A stretch of DNA of 64,000 bases from Octopus sinensis (Eukaryota). The notes under the pieces were generated by a model. The model searched no databases. It saw nothing but the letters and a program-made list of their open reading frames with translations, and had not been told where the DNA came from. The stretch lies in assembly GCF_006345805.1 (NCBI RefSeq), contig NC_043001.1:72788001-72852000 (forward strand), written 5' to 3'. The position numbers were made by a program, and so were the translations under genes. Below are positions 37,916-51,559 of this stretch, piece by piece (the stretch's first letter is position 1; each line of letters starts with the position of its first letter).

Positions 37916-38290
37916 TATTCAAATGCCAGAACTTGTATTGTACCAAAGGTACCATTCACTCCATCTAAATTCAGGATCAAGTACTACAATAGTCTAGGAT
38001 TCAAAGGCCTACAGCTCTTCAATGCCCTACCATAAAAATTAAGAAATCTGCGTAAGGTAGAAGTAGATGTCTTCAAAAAGGAACTAGACATCCTCCTCTC
38101 CACAATTCTGGATGAACCAACAGCCTGATATGAGGTACAGATGAGGGCAGCAGATTCAAACTCCCTTATACACCAAATTGGCCAACAGCTGAGATAAAAG
38201 CACATATAGGAGTGGTGATGTGAAACACACCAAACTGAGGAAATCAGAAAGACCACACTGGTGTTCCAGCATGACCACAGTTGTATAGCA
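37916..38290 (+). mobile_element. CR1-group LINE ORF2 C-terminus and 3' tail
   Basis: NSLGFKGLQLFNALP*KLRNL..VFKKELDILL..DEP..RAADSNSL, followed by GGTGTTCCAGCATGACCACAG. Confidence 0.8.
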
Positions 38291-38585
38291 CTATTCGAGT
38301 GTGACCGATGTCAGTGCCGCCTGACTGACACCCATGGCAGTGGCATGTAAAAAGCACCATTCGAGCATAGTTAATGCCAGTGCCACCTGACTGGCTCCCA
38401 AGCCAGTGGCATGTAAAAAGTGCCCACTACACCCTCGGAGTGGTTGGTGTTAGAAAGGGCATCCAGCTGTAGAAACCTTACCAGATCAGATTGGAACCTG
38501 GTGCTGCCTCCCAGCTTGCAAGTCCACAGTCAAACCGTCCAACCCATGCCAGCATGGAAAGCAAATGTTAAACAATGATGATGTA
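38290..38585 (+). mobile_element. RTE 3' tail
   Basis: GTGGCATGTAAAAAGCACC repeat units + terminal stem region + (GAT)n; another copy at 47860-48065. Confidence 0.85.
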
Positions 38586-38737
38586 TGTATTTATTTACAC
38601 ACACACATATATATAATATTTATGTATGTATGTATGTGTGTGTATATATATATATATGTTTGTGTATACACAAACATGTATATATATATGTACATTTGTG
38701 TATGTGTGTGTGAGTGAGTATAGCAAGTGCATCAGAC

Positions 38738-39880
38738 CTTGGTGGTGAATGTAAGATGCCACCCCTGAAAACCTACGTAGACAGCACTACTATCCTTGCA
38801 TCAAATGAGTCAGAAACCCAGAATCTGCTCAACCAACTGGACGAGTTGATGGTGGAGTAGAATGGCTTTCAAACCCTAGAAATCTGGGGACTTCTCCCTA
38901 AGGAAAGGGAAAATGAAGGAAGATATTAGCTTTAAAGTTGGTAGCTGAAAGATTATCACTGTATTGGAGCAGCCAGTAAAAAGTCTTAGAAAATAGTATT
39001 ACAAGATCCTGAAAGACACTAACCAGCCAAGACAGTAGAGGAGGGTCTACTCAAGATCAACAAGCAGCCTCTGCCTGGCAAATACAAGGTGTGGTATCTT
39101 TAGCATATGCTGGTACCAATATATCTATAGCCCCTGCTTGTATACGAAATTGCAACTTTGGCAGTGGAAGCAAAAATAAATAGCTACACAAGGAAGTGGC
39201 TTGGTGTACCCCCAAGTCTGACTGATGTTGCTGTCAACTACATGAGGGCAAAACTAAGATTACCTCTCAAGTCCTTAGTCAAAGAGTACAAGATGGGGAA
39301 AACGAGACTGCAACAAATGCTCAAAGACTTCAAAGATGGCATGGTAAGATTGGTATAACTAAGCCTATAGACAGGAAAGAAGTGGAAAGTCATGGATGCA
39401 ATTGATAATGCTTAAAAGAAACTGAAGACTAAGAGATGATGGCAAGAAGGCAAGTATTGGTTAATACCATTGTGCAGTGGTAGTCAAAAGCAACAGGCAA
39501 AGTCTAAAGGGATCTTGTGATTCAGGAGGTTAGGAGTGAAGAGGAAAGAAACAGGTATGTAAAAGCCATTCAGCAATCTCAGCAGGGGCAATGGACAACC
39601 TGGGATGCTGCAATGTAGAAATCTCTCATATAGCACCACTTGGATTGAGTTTCATAATAAGAGCTACTTATGACCTGCTTCCATCAAACACCAACTTTGT
39701 AAAGTGGGGCATGGGAGACATGTCAATTTGTCTCCTGTACATAGACAAACTTCAGTCAATGGACCATGTCCTGCAAGATCACTCTCAATGATGGCAGATA
39801 TGCATGGAGGCATGGATGGCTAGAGTGCTGGAAGAAATGACCACTTTAATCTGGGACCTAATGCAGTGGGACACAACCAA
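38738..39880 (+). mobile_element. HERO-type (RLE, R2-group) non-LTR remnant
   Basis: EQPVKSL, PLPGKYKVW, PLLVYEI, RKWLGVPPSLTD, KLRLPLKSL, QQGQWTTW, IIRATYDLLPS, GRYAWRH motifs with many stops. Confidence 0.8.
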
Positions 39881-40019
39881 ATCATATATATGTATATATA
39901 CATATGTATATACATATATATATATATAATATAATATATTATAATGTGTCTTTAATGGCACAACAATGCACTATAATAACAACAATGGACTATGATAACT
40001 GTTATAATTTAATTATCCA

Positions 40020-41785
40020 TAGTTTGATATAATAATATTTCAGAATACAAAAATTCCTTCTTCAGATATCACTAGGAATTGTTCAAATCACTGCTACAAT
40101 CAGTTTTCCAACAGTTACTGAATTTTTCTTCTTTTTTTTCCAGAAGCATCTCTGCAGTGGTCTCATGAAGCTCCTTCTGGAATTCCTTATGAGAAGTGCG
40201 TGAGCGGCCATGTCTCAAGCATGTATGTGTTGGCACATTCGCAGTGCAGCTTCTAAGTTATGTATTATACATGCAGTTTCTTTTTTTTTCTCTCTTTTTT
40301 TTTAATAATACATCATCCAAATGCAGCTAAATAGTATATTGATTGCAAACCTCCAGCCTGTTGTTAATCTGGTCTATGCCCTAGTCTGTCTATGCGGATA
40401 GCTTCCTTAATTCTTAGGTTACCCAAATTTCTTTCATTTGCCTCAGTTGTGACTGTTATGCTTTTGTTGGTGTTCCGGCATCTGTCTAGATGTTTTGTGA
40501 AGGAGGATCTCACATTCTGATGTTTTTTTATGCTATTGTATAACGATCTTGTTGTGCTTCCCACATAGAACTTGCATTTGTTACATTGTATTCTATACAC
40601 AACATTTACCCATTGATATAAATCTGTGTCACAGATGGGGCAGTTAGCTAGTGTGCATTGATTGCTGTCCCTTGCTCATTTCTTTGCTAGGTGTCTTCTC
40701 AGAGAGGGGCCGGAGTGGGCTAGTTGTATGTCTAATCCTTCTCTTCTTATGACTCTTCGGATGGCTGTAGTTATCCTCTCGCTAAAATGGGGTATTTTAA
40801 GGAAGCATGTGTTGCTGGGTTTTCTGTGTGTTCGGCGTGCTTGTCATCTTGAGTACTTAAGCTGATTTGCAATGGATATAGGGTACCCGTTGGTTTTCAA
40901 TATCTCTAGGAAGCATGTGGTATAGTTCACCTTGTGTTCTGTCCTGCTGCACTTGCTCTGGATGTGTGCAAGTTCATTTCTGGCGTATCCTATTTTGGCA
41001 CCGAGTGGAAGGGCTGAACTGTACTGAACAAACATATCTCTACTGACTGCTTTCCTGTAGAACTCAGTGTGGATCTCTCCTTCTTCCATTATTTTCAGTT
41101 GGAAGTCAAGTAGCCATAGTGATCCAGTGTTGTCGGGATGTTCTATAGTGAACCGTATGTTCATGTCCATGTTGTTGAATGTCGTGAATATTCTGTCTGC
41201 CTCTTCACAGGAGGATGTGAGTATGAGGATGTCATCTACATACCTGGTGAAGAAGGCACATGAACAGCAGATGTTGAGCGCTCAACGTTCCAGATGGTTC
41301 ATATAGGTGATGGCTAGTAGGTCCAAGAGACTGGATCCCATGGGGAGACCTTTTGTCTGTTTGTATATGTGATCATTGAATGAGAAGTAGGTGTTGTCCA
41401 CGATGATGGACAATAGTTGATGTATATTAGCTGCAGTGAGTCCAAAGCAGTGGTTGTCGGACACTACTATGCAATCAGTCAATAGGCTGGCCACCAAGTG
41501 TGCTGGTACCATTGTGTACATTGAGACAATGTCAAGACTAAAGGCATATCTGTTTTGCCTGAGTCTTTTGATGACTTTGTTGGAGTTCTTGACGTGTCCA
41601 GGAAAGGTGGAGAATATGGATTTCAGGATGTGAGAAAGTAGCCAGGATATTTTATATAGAGGCCCTTCCATGCTGGAGACGATGGGCCTAATCTGGATCA
41701 TGTTGCTATCTTTGTATGTTTTAATGAGGTGATAGAATCTGGGTAATCAACTGTTCTTTGTGATGAAGTTAGTTATTGTATTTGC
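40020..41785 (-). mobile_element. Penelope-like element (RT + Cys-rich linker + C-terminal GIY-YIG), 5'-truncated; possibly Naiad clade
   Basis: IRPIVS, SLDIVSMYT, GLPMGS, RYVDD, LLDF, EFYRK, CTLANCPIC, VYRIQCNKCKFYVGST. Confidence 0.92.
40026..40070 (-). ncRNA. Minimal type I hammerhead in the Penelope 3' pLTR
   Basis: GAUAU-CUGAAGA-AGGAAU(UUUUGU)AUUCU-GAAAUAUUAUU-AUAUC. Confidence 0.72.
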
Positions 41786-42419
41786 TCATATATATAAAAG
41801 TTAGAATTGGCCGGCTTATGGGATTACCTTTGGTTTCACATCCATAAAGCACTATATATATGACAGGTTTCTTTCAGTTTCCTTCAACTACATCCACTCA
41901 CAAGGCTTTGGCCAGCCCAAGGCTACAGTCAAAGACATTTGCCCAAAGTTCTACATAGTGGGACTGAACCCAGAACCATGTGGTTGGGAAGCTAGCTTCT
42001 TACCACACAGCTATGCTTATGCCTTCCCTACTTTATTACCATCAATTTCCGTAACTTTAACATTATTCAATGTTTTTTTATCTTTTTTTTTCTTTTTTGT
42101 AGATTTCTACATTCAAAAGATTGAATTTATGTAACCTACACCCTTAAAACTGTATTTCTGCAAAATGTCATTTTAAGATATGCATTTTTTCAGAAAATTA
42201 TGAGGAAATAAAGTCAGGAATATGGTAAGAATATTCTCAATCTCCTCTAAAATTAAAACAATAATTTTTTCAATGTAATCACAATCTGCACTCTCAAAAG
42301 TCTATGCCAAATTTCAATCATTTTTTCTCTTTACTTCAGAAAGTTATGAGGTAACAAAATCAGTGACATGATCTCCAGTCTGTAGTTATGCCTGCATATC
42401 TGTATGTTTGCATGCATGC

Positions 42420-42453
<34 letters not shown>

Positions 42454-42874
42454 GTAATGTATGTATGTATGTATGTATGTATGTATGTATGTATGTATGT
42501 ATGTATGTATGTATGCATGCATGCATGCATGTATATATGTATGTATGTATGTATGCATGCATGCATGTATGTATGTATGTATGTATATTTGTATATATGC
42601 ATGCATGCATGTATATATGTATGTATGTATGTATGTGTATAAGTATGTATGTATGTATGCATGCATATACATGAATATTCTTTTACTTGTTTCAGTCATT
42701 TAACTGCAGCCATGCTGGAGCACCGCCTTTAGTCAAACAAACCAATCCCAAGACTTATGCTTTGTAAGCCTAGTATTTATTCTATCGATCTCTTTGCCAA
42801 ACTGATACGACATAGATACACCAACATCAGTTGTCAAGTGATTGTGGCGGGACAAACAGAAACACACAAATACA

Positions 42875-42910
<36 letters not shown>

Positions 42911-42912
42911 TA

Positions 42913-43697
42913 TCTATATATATAAACGGCAGTTTGTCTGTCTGTGTGTCTGTGTGTCTGTCAGGTTGTACCCTCACCCTGACCACGGCTTTCAGCCGAT
43001 TCTGATGAAACTTGAAACACACATAGCCCAATGTCATAATTCAAAACTAACGCAGCGAAAATTTTGAAAAGTTCCCCCAGTTCTGAAAAAAATCGATAAA
43101 TTCGACATGAGGTCGAGAATCTAAGCTTTTTATATGCAACACATTTTCTGTTGTAGTTTTCGCAACTTGCAATCGATTTTCACCAAACTCATGGTGAAGC
43201 TTAATGTTACCCTAAGAAACTTAATTCTGACGTTAGTTTTCCATGCAATACCTTACCATCAGAAAAAATCGATAAAATCATACCATTTTGGGAAATCGCG
43301 TTCAAATTCAAGATGACATATTTTCGACAATATCTTTCACAAATTGGCAGGAATTTTTTTAAAATTCACAGCGAGCATCATGTCTACTCCAAGGAGCTAT
43401 ATGGCCCTTTTTATTCCAATAGGATACTTTATTACTGAAAAAATCGGTTAATTAAATCATATGTGGCACACATAGCAAACCGAGCTGTGTATTAAACACA
43501 AACCACAGACTGTCTAGGGGACGCAATTGGTTGGGTTGAATTATCGATAGCTGTTTGATAGTTATTTGGGAGTGAAGAGAAGACATTGCAACTTACACAT
43601 GTGCCTTCGTTCCCTAGAGGGAAAGGACTAGATTGGGATTAGTCGTTGCCTACTAGGGACTCTTACATACCCGGGCAACGCTGGGCCATGCTGCTAG
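42913..43697 (+). mobile_element. Complete non-autonomous Helitron nested in SINE A
   Basis: A|TC start, CCCGGGCAACGCTGGG hairpin (43670-43685), CTAG|T end; SINE sequence resumes after 43710. Confidence 0.9.
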
Positions 43698-43896
43698 TCA
43701 ATATATATATATACGACGGGCTTCTTTCAGTTTCTGTCTACCAAATCCACTCACAAGGCTTTGGTCGGTCTGATCTATATTTTTTCAGAAAGTTTTGAGG
43801 TAACAAAGCCAGTATCTGTGTGTATGCATGCATGATGTATATATGATTATATGCATGCATATAATCATATATATATATTCATGAATATATATATAT

Positions 43897-43932
<36 letters not shown>

Positions 43933-44000
43933 GTGTGTGTGTATGTATATATACATATCTATATGCATATATATGTGTGGATGTGGGCTTCTGTGTAGTA

Positions 44001-44042
<42 letters not shown>

Positions 44043-44729
44043 TCCACGTGACTTTCTGTGTATTGATGTGTGTCTGGTCAACTGTTGTTTACATATGTAA
44101 TCATTGCTTTCACTGTAAGATTCTATTAGACTGTTTTACTGGAAATCAATAGCTACTACTACCACTTCTACCACTGCTGTTGCTTCTGCCACCACCATCA
44201 CCACTACTACTTCTACTACAATAACAAGATACACGCCATCAACAATAACAATACAAGTTTAAGAAAATTATAGTGTCATGTAAGCAGTAATTTTCTCAGT
44301 CAAAATACAGTATTGGCCATCGATACAGAGGTGTGGATTTACTTTCTGTTGCTATTTACTGTAGTTTTTGCTGGTGGTATTGGTGGTGGCTGTAGTGATA
44401 TACTTCGTTCTTTACTTTTTTTTTTTGCAAACAGCAAGGGATATGAGCCTCTTGAGATACCATGGCTGACAATAAGCACACTTTGGATGCGGTATGACAT
44501 CTGCAGAACGAGCAAAGAGAAGGAGATGGGACCCTGGGTGATGATGACTAACAACAATAAGGGCTAGGTTGTGGTTGGTGCTTGTGAGACTGTCTTTCCA
44601 CAGCTCATCTCTTTGACCAACCCAGTGTTTTGACTCAACACCAGACTGACTGAGGTAGGGTATTTGGCACTTGAAAGTGGGTACTGAAAAGTTCCTGGTC
44701 TTGGGTAAAAGAAAATACAGGAGGATCAG

Positions 44730-44870
44730 TTAAATATGATTTTATTCAACATATTCCCCTTTCAGATTCACACGCTTATTGCAGTGGTCCTTCAGTTTTT
44801 CTAAGCCCTGTAAAAGAACTTGGAAGGTTGGTCCTCCAGATAGGCTTTTGCAATACCTTTAAAGCCTGAA
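44730..44870 (-). mobile_element. Mariner transposase C-terminal fragment
   Basis: GLEKLKDHCNKRVNLKGEYVE*. Confidence 0.65.
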
Positions 44871-44896
44871 ACACAATACATTCACATGCACGCACA

Positions 44897-44975
<79 letters not shown>

Positions 44976-45239
44976 ACACACTCATAAATATAATTAATAA
45001 TCCTTGTCTGAACACTTAGTTTATGTCATCTCACAATTTATCTCACACACAACCTATGACCTTCTAAACAGAAATAAAGAAAATATATATATAATCTCTA
45101 ATATATGTATTTACATCACTATGTTTCTGGTAAATCTTATAACTAGGCTGCTGGTTTATTTGAAACTGTACATCACACATATATATCACCACCTAAGGTC
45201 TCTGTGTGCTGATTATAATTTACTTACATAATTGGTCAT

Positions 45240-45322
<83 letters not shown>

Positions 45323-45556
45323 CCCTCTCTCCCACTTCCAAACTGCTACCTAAGAGGTTGAATAATATTGGAACTGAAAAATGCATTGTTGACCTACAGA
45401 AAAATGTAATCATGTATTCTGCAAGAATTTTGAAAAAGATTTTTGAGTTTTAAGGACACTGTTGTCACCAAACCACAAGAAATTTCTGCTAGCTTAATTA
45501 GTGTGTAATACCTTAATAAATATATAAATATATAAATATATAAATAAAAAAAATAA

Positions 45557-45617
<61 letters not shown>

Positions 45618-45622
<5 letters not shown>

Positions 45623-45735
45623 GCTATAACCAAGGGACAAAATGTAATGATTCTTTGGGACTTTCCAGTTCATACAGACCAAACCATCAAAACTAATAAA
45701 CCAAATATTGTTGTGAAAGACCAAAACATTTCCAA
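45618..45735 (+). mobile_element. R4/Dong-like RLE fragment next to (TAA)n
   Basis: VMILWDFPVHTDQTIKTNKPNIVVKD (RLE RPD motif region) directly after the (TAA)n tract at 45558-45618. Confidence 0.7.
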
Positions 45736-48076
45736 TCGCATGTAAACCATGAGTTTATCCTGCATGCAAACCCCAATTTCAGCCAAACAGAACTCATTGT
45801 TCACTTGATAAGATCCAGAGAGTTCTTTCAGTGACAATCTTAAGAACAGACACTTTAAGCATGAAAAGCCCAAGAGAATTGGGACCTTAATTGTTACCAT
45901 CTTTGGCGAATTCTTCTCTCATAGCTGTTTTCATGGCTTCATACTCAAACCAGTGCAATTTTCCTAATAGCTGTTTTCACAGCTCTATACCAACTTGGAG
46001 ATGGATGAAGACTCAACACAGCTATGTTTTTGCAATGATGTGAAATATCAGCTTATTTATCAATTATCTATTAAAGACCTTCAGTATCTATAAAATATGA
46101 TGTTCATATAAGACTGACTGTATTTTCATGAAACCATGTGAAAATATGCAGCAATAAATGTATATAAACTTACCTTTGTAATAATCAACACTACAAAATT
46201 AACCTAACCTCTTAAACCCCTTGACGATCCCTATGTTGTATATGAAGCACAGTGTCATATGTAATGTTTTCTTTTGAATCATTAGTGGCCAGAAAATCAT
46301 TGATATACATGTGATATATTTGAAGTAATAATTAGATCAATAGTTGTAGTATGTATTCAAAGAATAAAGATAATAAAAATTTAAATCAACAAATGTCTTG
46401 TATAATAACGACATTTGACACAAACAATTCTGCTTATCCCCCACTTAATGATTGTTAATTGCAGAATTTGAACTCAGATTTGAATTTAGAGAATCATAAA
46501 GAGATGTTAAGAAATACCTGACAATTTGACCAGTGCTATATTGTTACTGTCACACTATAACCCTCAACTAAATGATAATTATAATGTTTAATTAAAAATA
46601 AACCCAACTACTTTTAGTAGTTCTATGTTAATACTTTCATTGTCATCATGGTTATAATTGTTCTGAGTTTCAAGTTTAAAGCCAAAAGAGAAAGAAGATC
46701 TTTCTTTGAAGATTAAATCATAATTGAACAATCGTTCTCAGCAACCCTGGAAAATTGTTGTTTCGATCACATTTAAAAGGGAACGGTAATTCATACGGTG
46801 CATTGCAAAAATCAATTTGAACATTAACGGGCTTCTTAAGATTTGCTTGAGATAATTCCCTGAGCAATAACTCGTCTAAATGTTTGAAGGCAGTCAAATA
46901 AATGAATAGATTGGTTTCTCATTCAGTTCTGTTAGTAAAAGGAAGTTGTGTGTACAAAACCATTAACACACTCCCATTTCAATAAACAACTGATGTAATG
47001 TTAGAAATAAATAACTTATCTATATATGTATGCATATATGTCTATGTATGTATGTATCCAATATTTGAGTGGGTTAGATGGCAATGGTTCATGTCCTGGT
47101 CAAGACATGACAATTAGTTTTCTGTGAGCTTCAATGACCAATAAATATCTATTATTTCAGGATGGCTGCAAGTAAACTGAAATTTGTCACTGCCAACCAT
47201 TTCCTTGTAAAAATGAATAGATATGGTAGTCTGCAGAAAAAAAAGTATTGAGTTATCCTTCAATTTGGTGTTCAGTTATTTTTATATATAATTTTATATA
47301 AAAAAACAAACATTAATATCTACCTCTCTATCTGTCTCTATCTATCTGTCTGTCTCTCTGTATATGACAAAGGACTGAGATGATTGGTGATATGCTGTGC
47401 TTGAGAAGATCTGTTTCAGCAAAATTGAGGTCCTGTCAATCCTACCCCCACAACTCATCTTCTAATACCTATCACTCGAATTTTCTAATCATGATATTAC
47501 TTCCCCAGGCACTGTAAATGATATTCACTTTTGACCACGCCTCCTTGTGCCTCATTCACTGCTTCTACCTCAATCCCAACTCTAATCAGCTGTCACACTC
47601 CTTCCACACTCTTGCAAACTTATCTACCCATCCAGCCTTTCTACTCCTCCATCCCTCTTCTCTTTCTTATATTTACTTTGTACTTTGAGGCCCCCCACCA
47701 TCTCTCTCTCTCTCTCTCCTTTTCCAACTGGGGTAATCATGTCGCTCCTTTTCAGCAAGACACCTGTCCCCATCCCTCTATCATACTTTCAACTCCCTCA
47801 TTACTATACCCACACTCAGTTGAGGGGATCTTGTCTTGTGAATTTCTTGGTAAGCTCACTCATGCCAATGCCAGGAAAAGCATCCCATACACTCTGTAAA
47901 GTGATTAGCATTAGGAAGAGCATCCAGCTCTAAAACCATGGCAAAGAATACTTTGGAGTCCATCACAGTCTTCTGGCTTGTTGGATCCTGGTGAACTTGT
48001 CCAATCCATGCAGACATGAAAAATGGATGTTAAATGATAATGATGATTGTGATGATGATCATGATATATATATATA

Positions 48077-48322
48077 TAAGACAAGGTATAAATAATGGTC
48101 TTACATATTTTCCTTTATTGCAGTAAATTTGACGTACAGCTATTTCCAGTAGTCATTATAAGTTTGTAGCATTAACTTTGCAGGTCATTCAATTTTTCTC
48201 AACTAATCAATGGACCAATTGAGTAAACCTATCAATAACAACCTAGTGGAACCAGCTGTTAGTCAAATTTACTGCAGTAAAGAAAAATATGTAATGACCC
48301 TTATCTATACCTTGTCTTGTAT
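48077..48322. repeat. Fold-back element with ~72-bp inverted arms
   Basis: TAAGACAAGGTATA..GCAGTAAATTTGAC..CAGCTATTTCCA versus TGGAACCAGCTG..GTCAAATTTACTGC..TATACCTTGTCTT; inner ends resemble a hammerhead GAAACAGCTGTH stem III. Confidence 0.8.
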
Positions 48323-48523
48323 ATCACTCTGTGTAAAAACCAGTATAAATGGAGCACACCCACAGATTTACAATATAGACTAGTAACGAACTATAACCTC
48401 AGACCCTACCACAAGAATACACAGAGTCCTTTACTAATGTAAATAATATTATTAGCCTGGTGCACTATCAGAGAGCTTATAAAATATTTTTCCTGGATTG
48501 ATCATCTCTCACTAATAACTCTG

Positions 48524-48577
<54 letters not shown>

Positions 48578-48590
48578 CTATCTATCTATA

Positions 48591-48637
<47 letters not shown>

Positions 48638-48656
48638 ATATCTATCTATCTATCTA

Positions 48657-48694
<38 letters not shown>

Positions 48695-49242
48695 CATAAA
48701 ACTCTGTTTTATATATATATATACATGTATATGTATGTATACATATATATATGTATATATATGTATATATCTTAAAGAGAGTGTGTGAGTGAGAGAGACA
48801 GACAGACAGAGATGCACATACAACACAGCATAAATCAGAAGAATTGAAATAAATTTAAATATTACAAAGCCTCATTATAGGTTAAATAAGAATGTAAACA
48901 GATTCATGTGGCAAAAAGATGGAGGGAGCCACTTGATAGATTGCTTCATGGTATGTTGACCACTACTCAAAGAAGTAATTAATTATGAACCACCAATAAC
49001 ACAAAAATCAAATTATGCTTCCACTAATGCACTAATCTTATTTAGGACTGCTTCATAAGCGCTAATTTAGGAAAGAAGGTGAATTTGTCTTCTCTAAGAA
49101 GCAGTCAGTAAACTGTGAAAAGGTCAACCAGGAGACTCACTCTTTCTTTTTCCACACATCAGTTGCATAGAAAGAATATGGTTATATTACCCACAATAAT
49201 GTTAGCATATTTGTTATATTTATTTATTAACATATTTTATTC

Positions 49243-49299
<57 letters not shown>

Positions 49300-51559
49300 A
49301 ACATATAGACTACATTGATCATATAATGTATGCACATTGGGAAAAATGTTTACCATCATTTTGTCTATCTTTACATTCTGAGTTCAAATTCCACCAAGGT
49401 CGACTTTGCTTTTCCTCCTTTCAGGGTCAATGAAATAAGTACCAGTTGAACATTGGAGGGGTGGGGCAGTCGATTTGATCAACTTAACCCCTCACCTGAA
49501 ATTGCTTAGCCTTCATATAATGGGTAACTTTGGATGTAAACTTTTGCCACTATGGGTAATATCAGGAAATATGACATTCACATAATAATCATGATTTAAC
49601 TTTTATCTCGGTACTTATAGAAAATGATTAAATGAATACTAATTTTCAAATGGCAAATATTTATTACTTTAAAGTAAAATTAAATAAAACAAATTTCTCA
49701 TTTGTATAAGGTTTTCTTTACTCCCTCTCTTCCCCCTTGCTCTTTTGTCTCTATGTTGTTTTCTCTCTAGTTATTGTATACCTCTTATGTCAGCTCTTTC
49801 TGTATCTCTCATCTATTCTCTCTTCCCTTTCCTATATGATGTAAACCATAACTGGAGAGGTCAACCAACCAACCAACCAACCAACATTTAAACTGATTAT
49901 TATTATATAGAGATTATATTATCATAATAAAAGTAATTACATTCTTTCTGTATTCTTTTATTTTTATGGGTTTCAGTTATTACATAGTGACCATGCTGGG
50001 GTACCACATTCAAAGATTTTTGTTGATTTACCAACTTCTGTACTGATTTCAATCTCTTACTTGCTACACTATGTAACACAATTTTTGTCCTTGGGTAGCA
50101 ACTATTATTTTATAGTTGCTTACCCTTAGAAAGCATGGAAAATGGCTGATATTTCCTTCAAACTCTGCTTTTGTTACTTTTATTCAAACCCCAAAGAATC
50201 CCTCTCAGCACATAGCTATTATGCTCCCCCACTACGCCTTCTCATGATCAGAGATGCACATGTTGTCAGCAACTAAGAGACATGGTCAAGTGATTATGGT
50301 CATGGTAATTGACATGCAAATCTGTGGTACTGAGCAGAATATTTGCTAGAATGATAATTCTGCAGCAGCAACTCAGCACCAAATCTGTCTGAAATGTAAT
50401 GGAAAATATGTTAGTTTCAAAACATTGATGTCCAGGTTACAGAAGCAAAGTTTGAAGGGAGAAGTAGTCATTTCCTTTGATTTCTAGATAGAAGCAAATA
50501 GGAAATAACATTTACTGACCAAAATCAAAAAAGTAAATAAGACTTTTGTTACACAGTGTTATTGCTCTTTATTATTGAAGGGTTAAGTTACAGTTTTGAT
50601 ATAAAACATAATAGTTAAATATAAACATAGATATTGTTTGCTCACAAGGAAATTTCCAGATCAGAGTTTCTCAACCAGCTGTAGCTTAGTGCCCCCTTTT
50701 TCTGAATCATATTTTAGAAACACTCTACTTTGCATGTTTTCTAATAAAATCTGCAGATTACCCTTTTTCATCAAAGATAAGCTAACTTTGCATTGTGGTT
50801 TATTCTTCATATTTTCTTGTAATAACCTATTTTGTTGCATATATCTCAAATGGATTAGCAATTCCAATATTTAATTTTTGTTAATTTACTAAAGCAGTCA
50901 AGGATTTCTGAAATTAAGTTATATTTAAATTTACAAATTGCGTGTATGTAAATAAAAATTTAGAAACAGAACAATACTACAAATGAAATTTAAATAAAAT
51001 ATTATCAGCTTTATTACAGGTGTTAATGAATCTAATACATATATTTCAATATAACTATATTTATGATAAAAAAAAGAGAGTAAACTAATTTAAGATATTC
51101 AATAGATCATTATATCCCAAACACAAAATTTAATGAATGAAAAACAACTCATGATTGCCTTCTGTTTGAAACAGTCATGTTTCCTCCTCACTGATAACAC
51201 AATGTCCTACACACATTTTAATGTCAACAAGGAAATTTTTCTTAAATATTGCACCTGGTTGAAAAATTTTACTTCTAAGAGACACCTAGTGCCCTCACAG
51301 TGTCCTTTTTGAGCTTGCAATGCTCCCAGTTGGATGCTGCTGTACACATTAAAATCCACTGCTTTATGGGGCTGCTAGATAAAAAAAAAACTAGCAACTA
51401 GTTCTTCATCAAACACATTCATACACATGCATACACACATATATATATACATCATACATACGTGCATACATGCATGCTTACATATGCACATACATACTCA
51501 TAGACAGATACATACATGCATACATATATACATTTGGTACAAATACCTAGACATTAATT

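Noticed and set aside
50641-50907. Coding exon on minus strand (ORF 50661..50867)
   Set aside because: Splice-like sites exist but no frame stays open from acceptor to donor; only a speculative ATG-containing exon fits.
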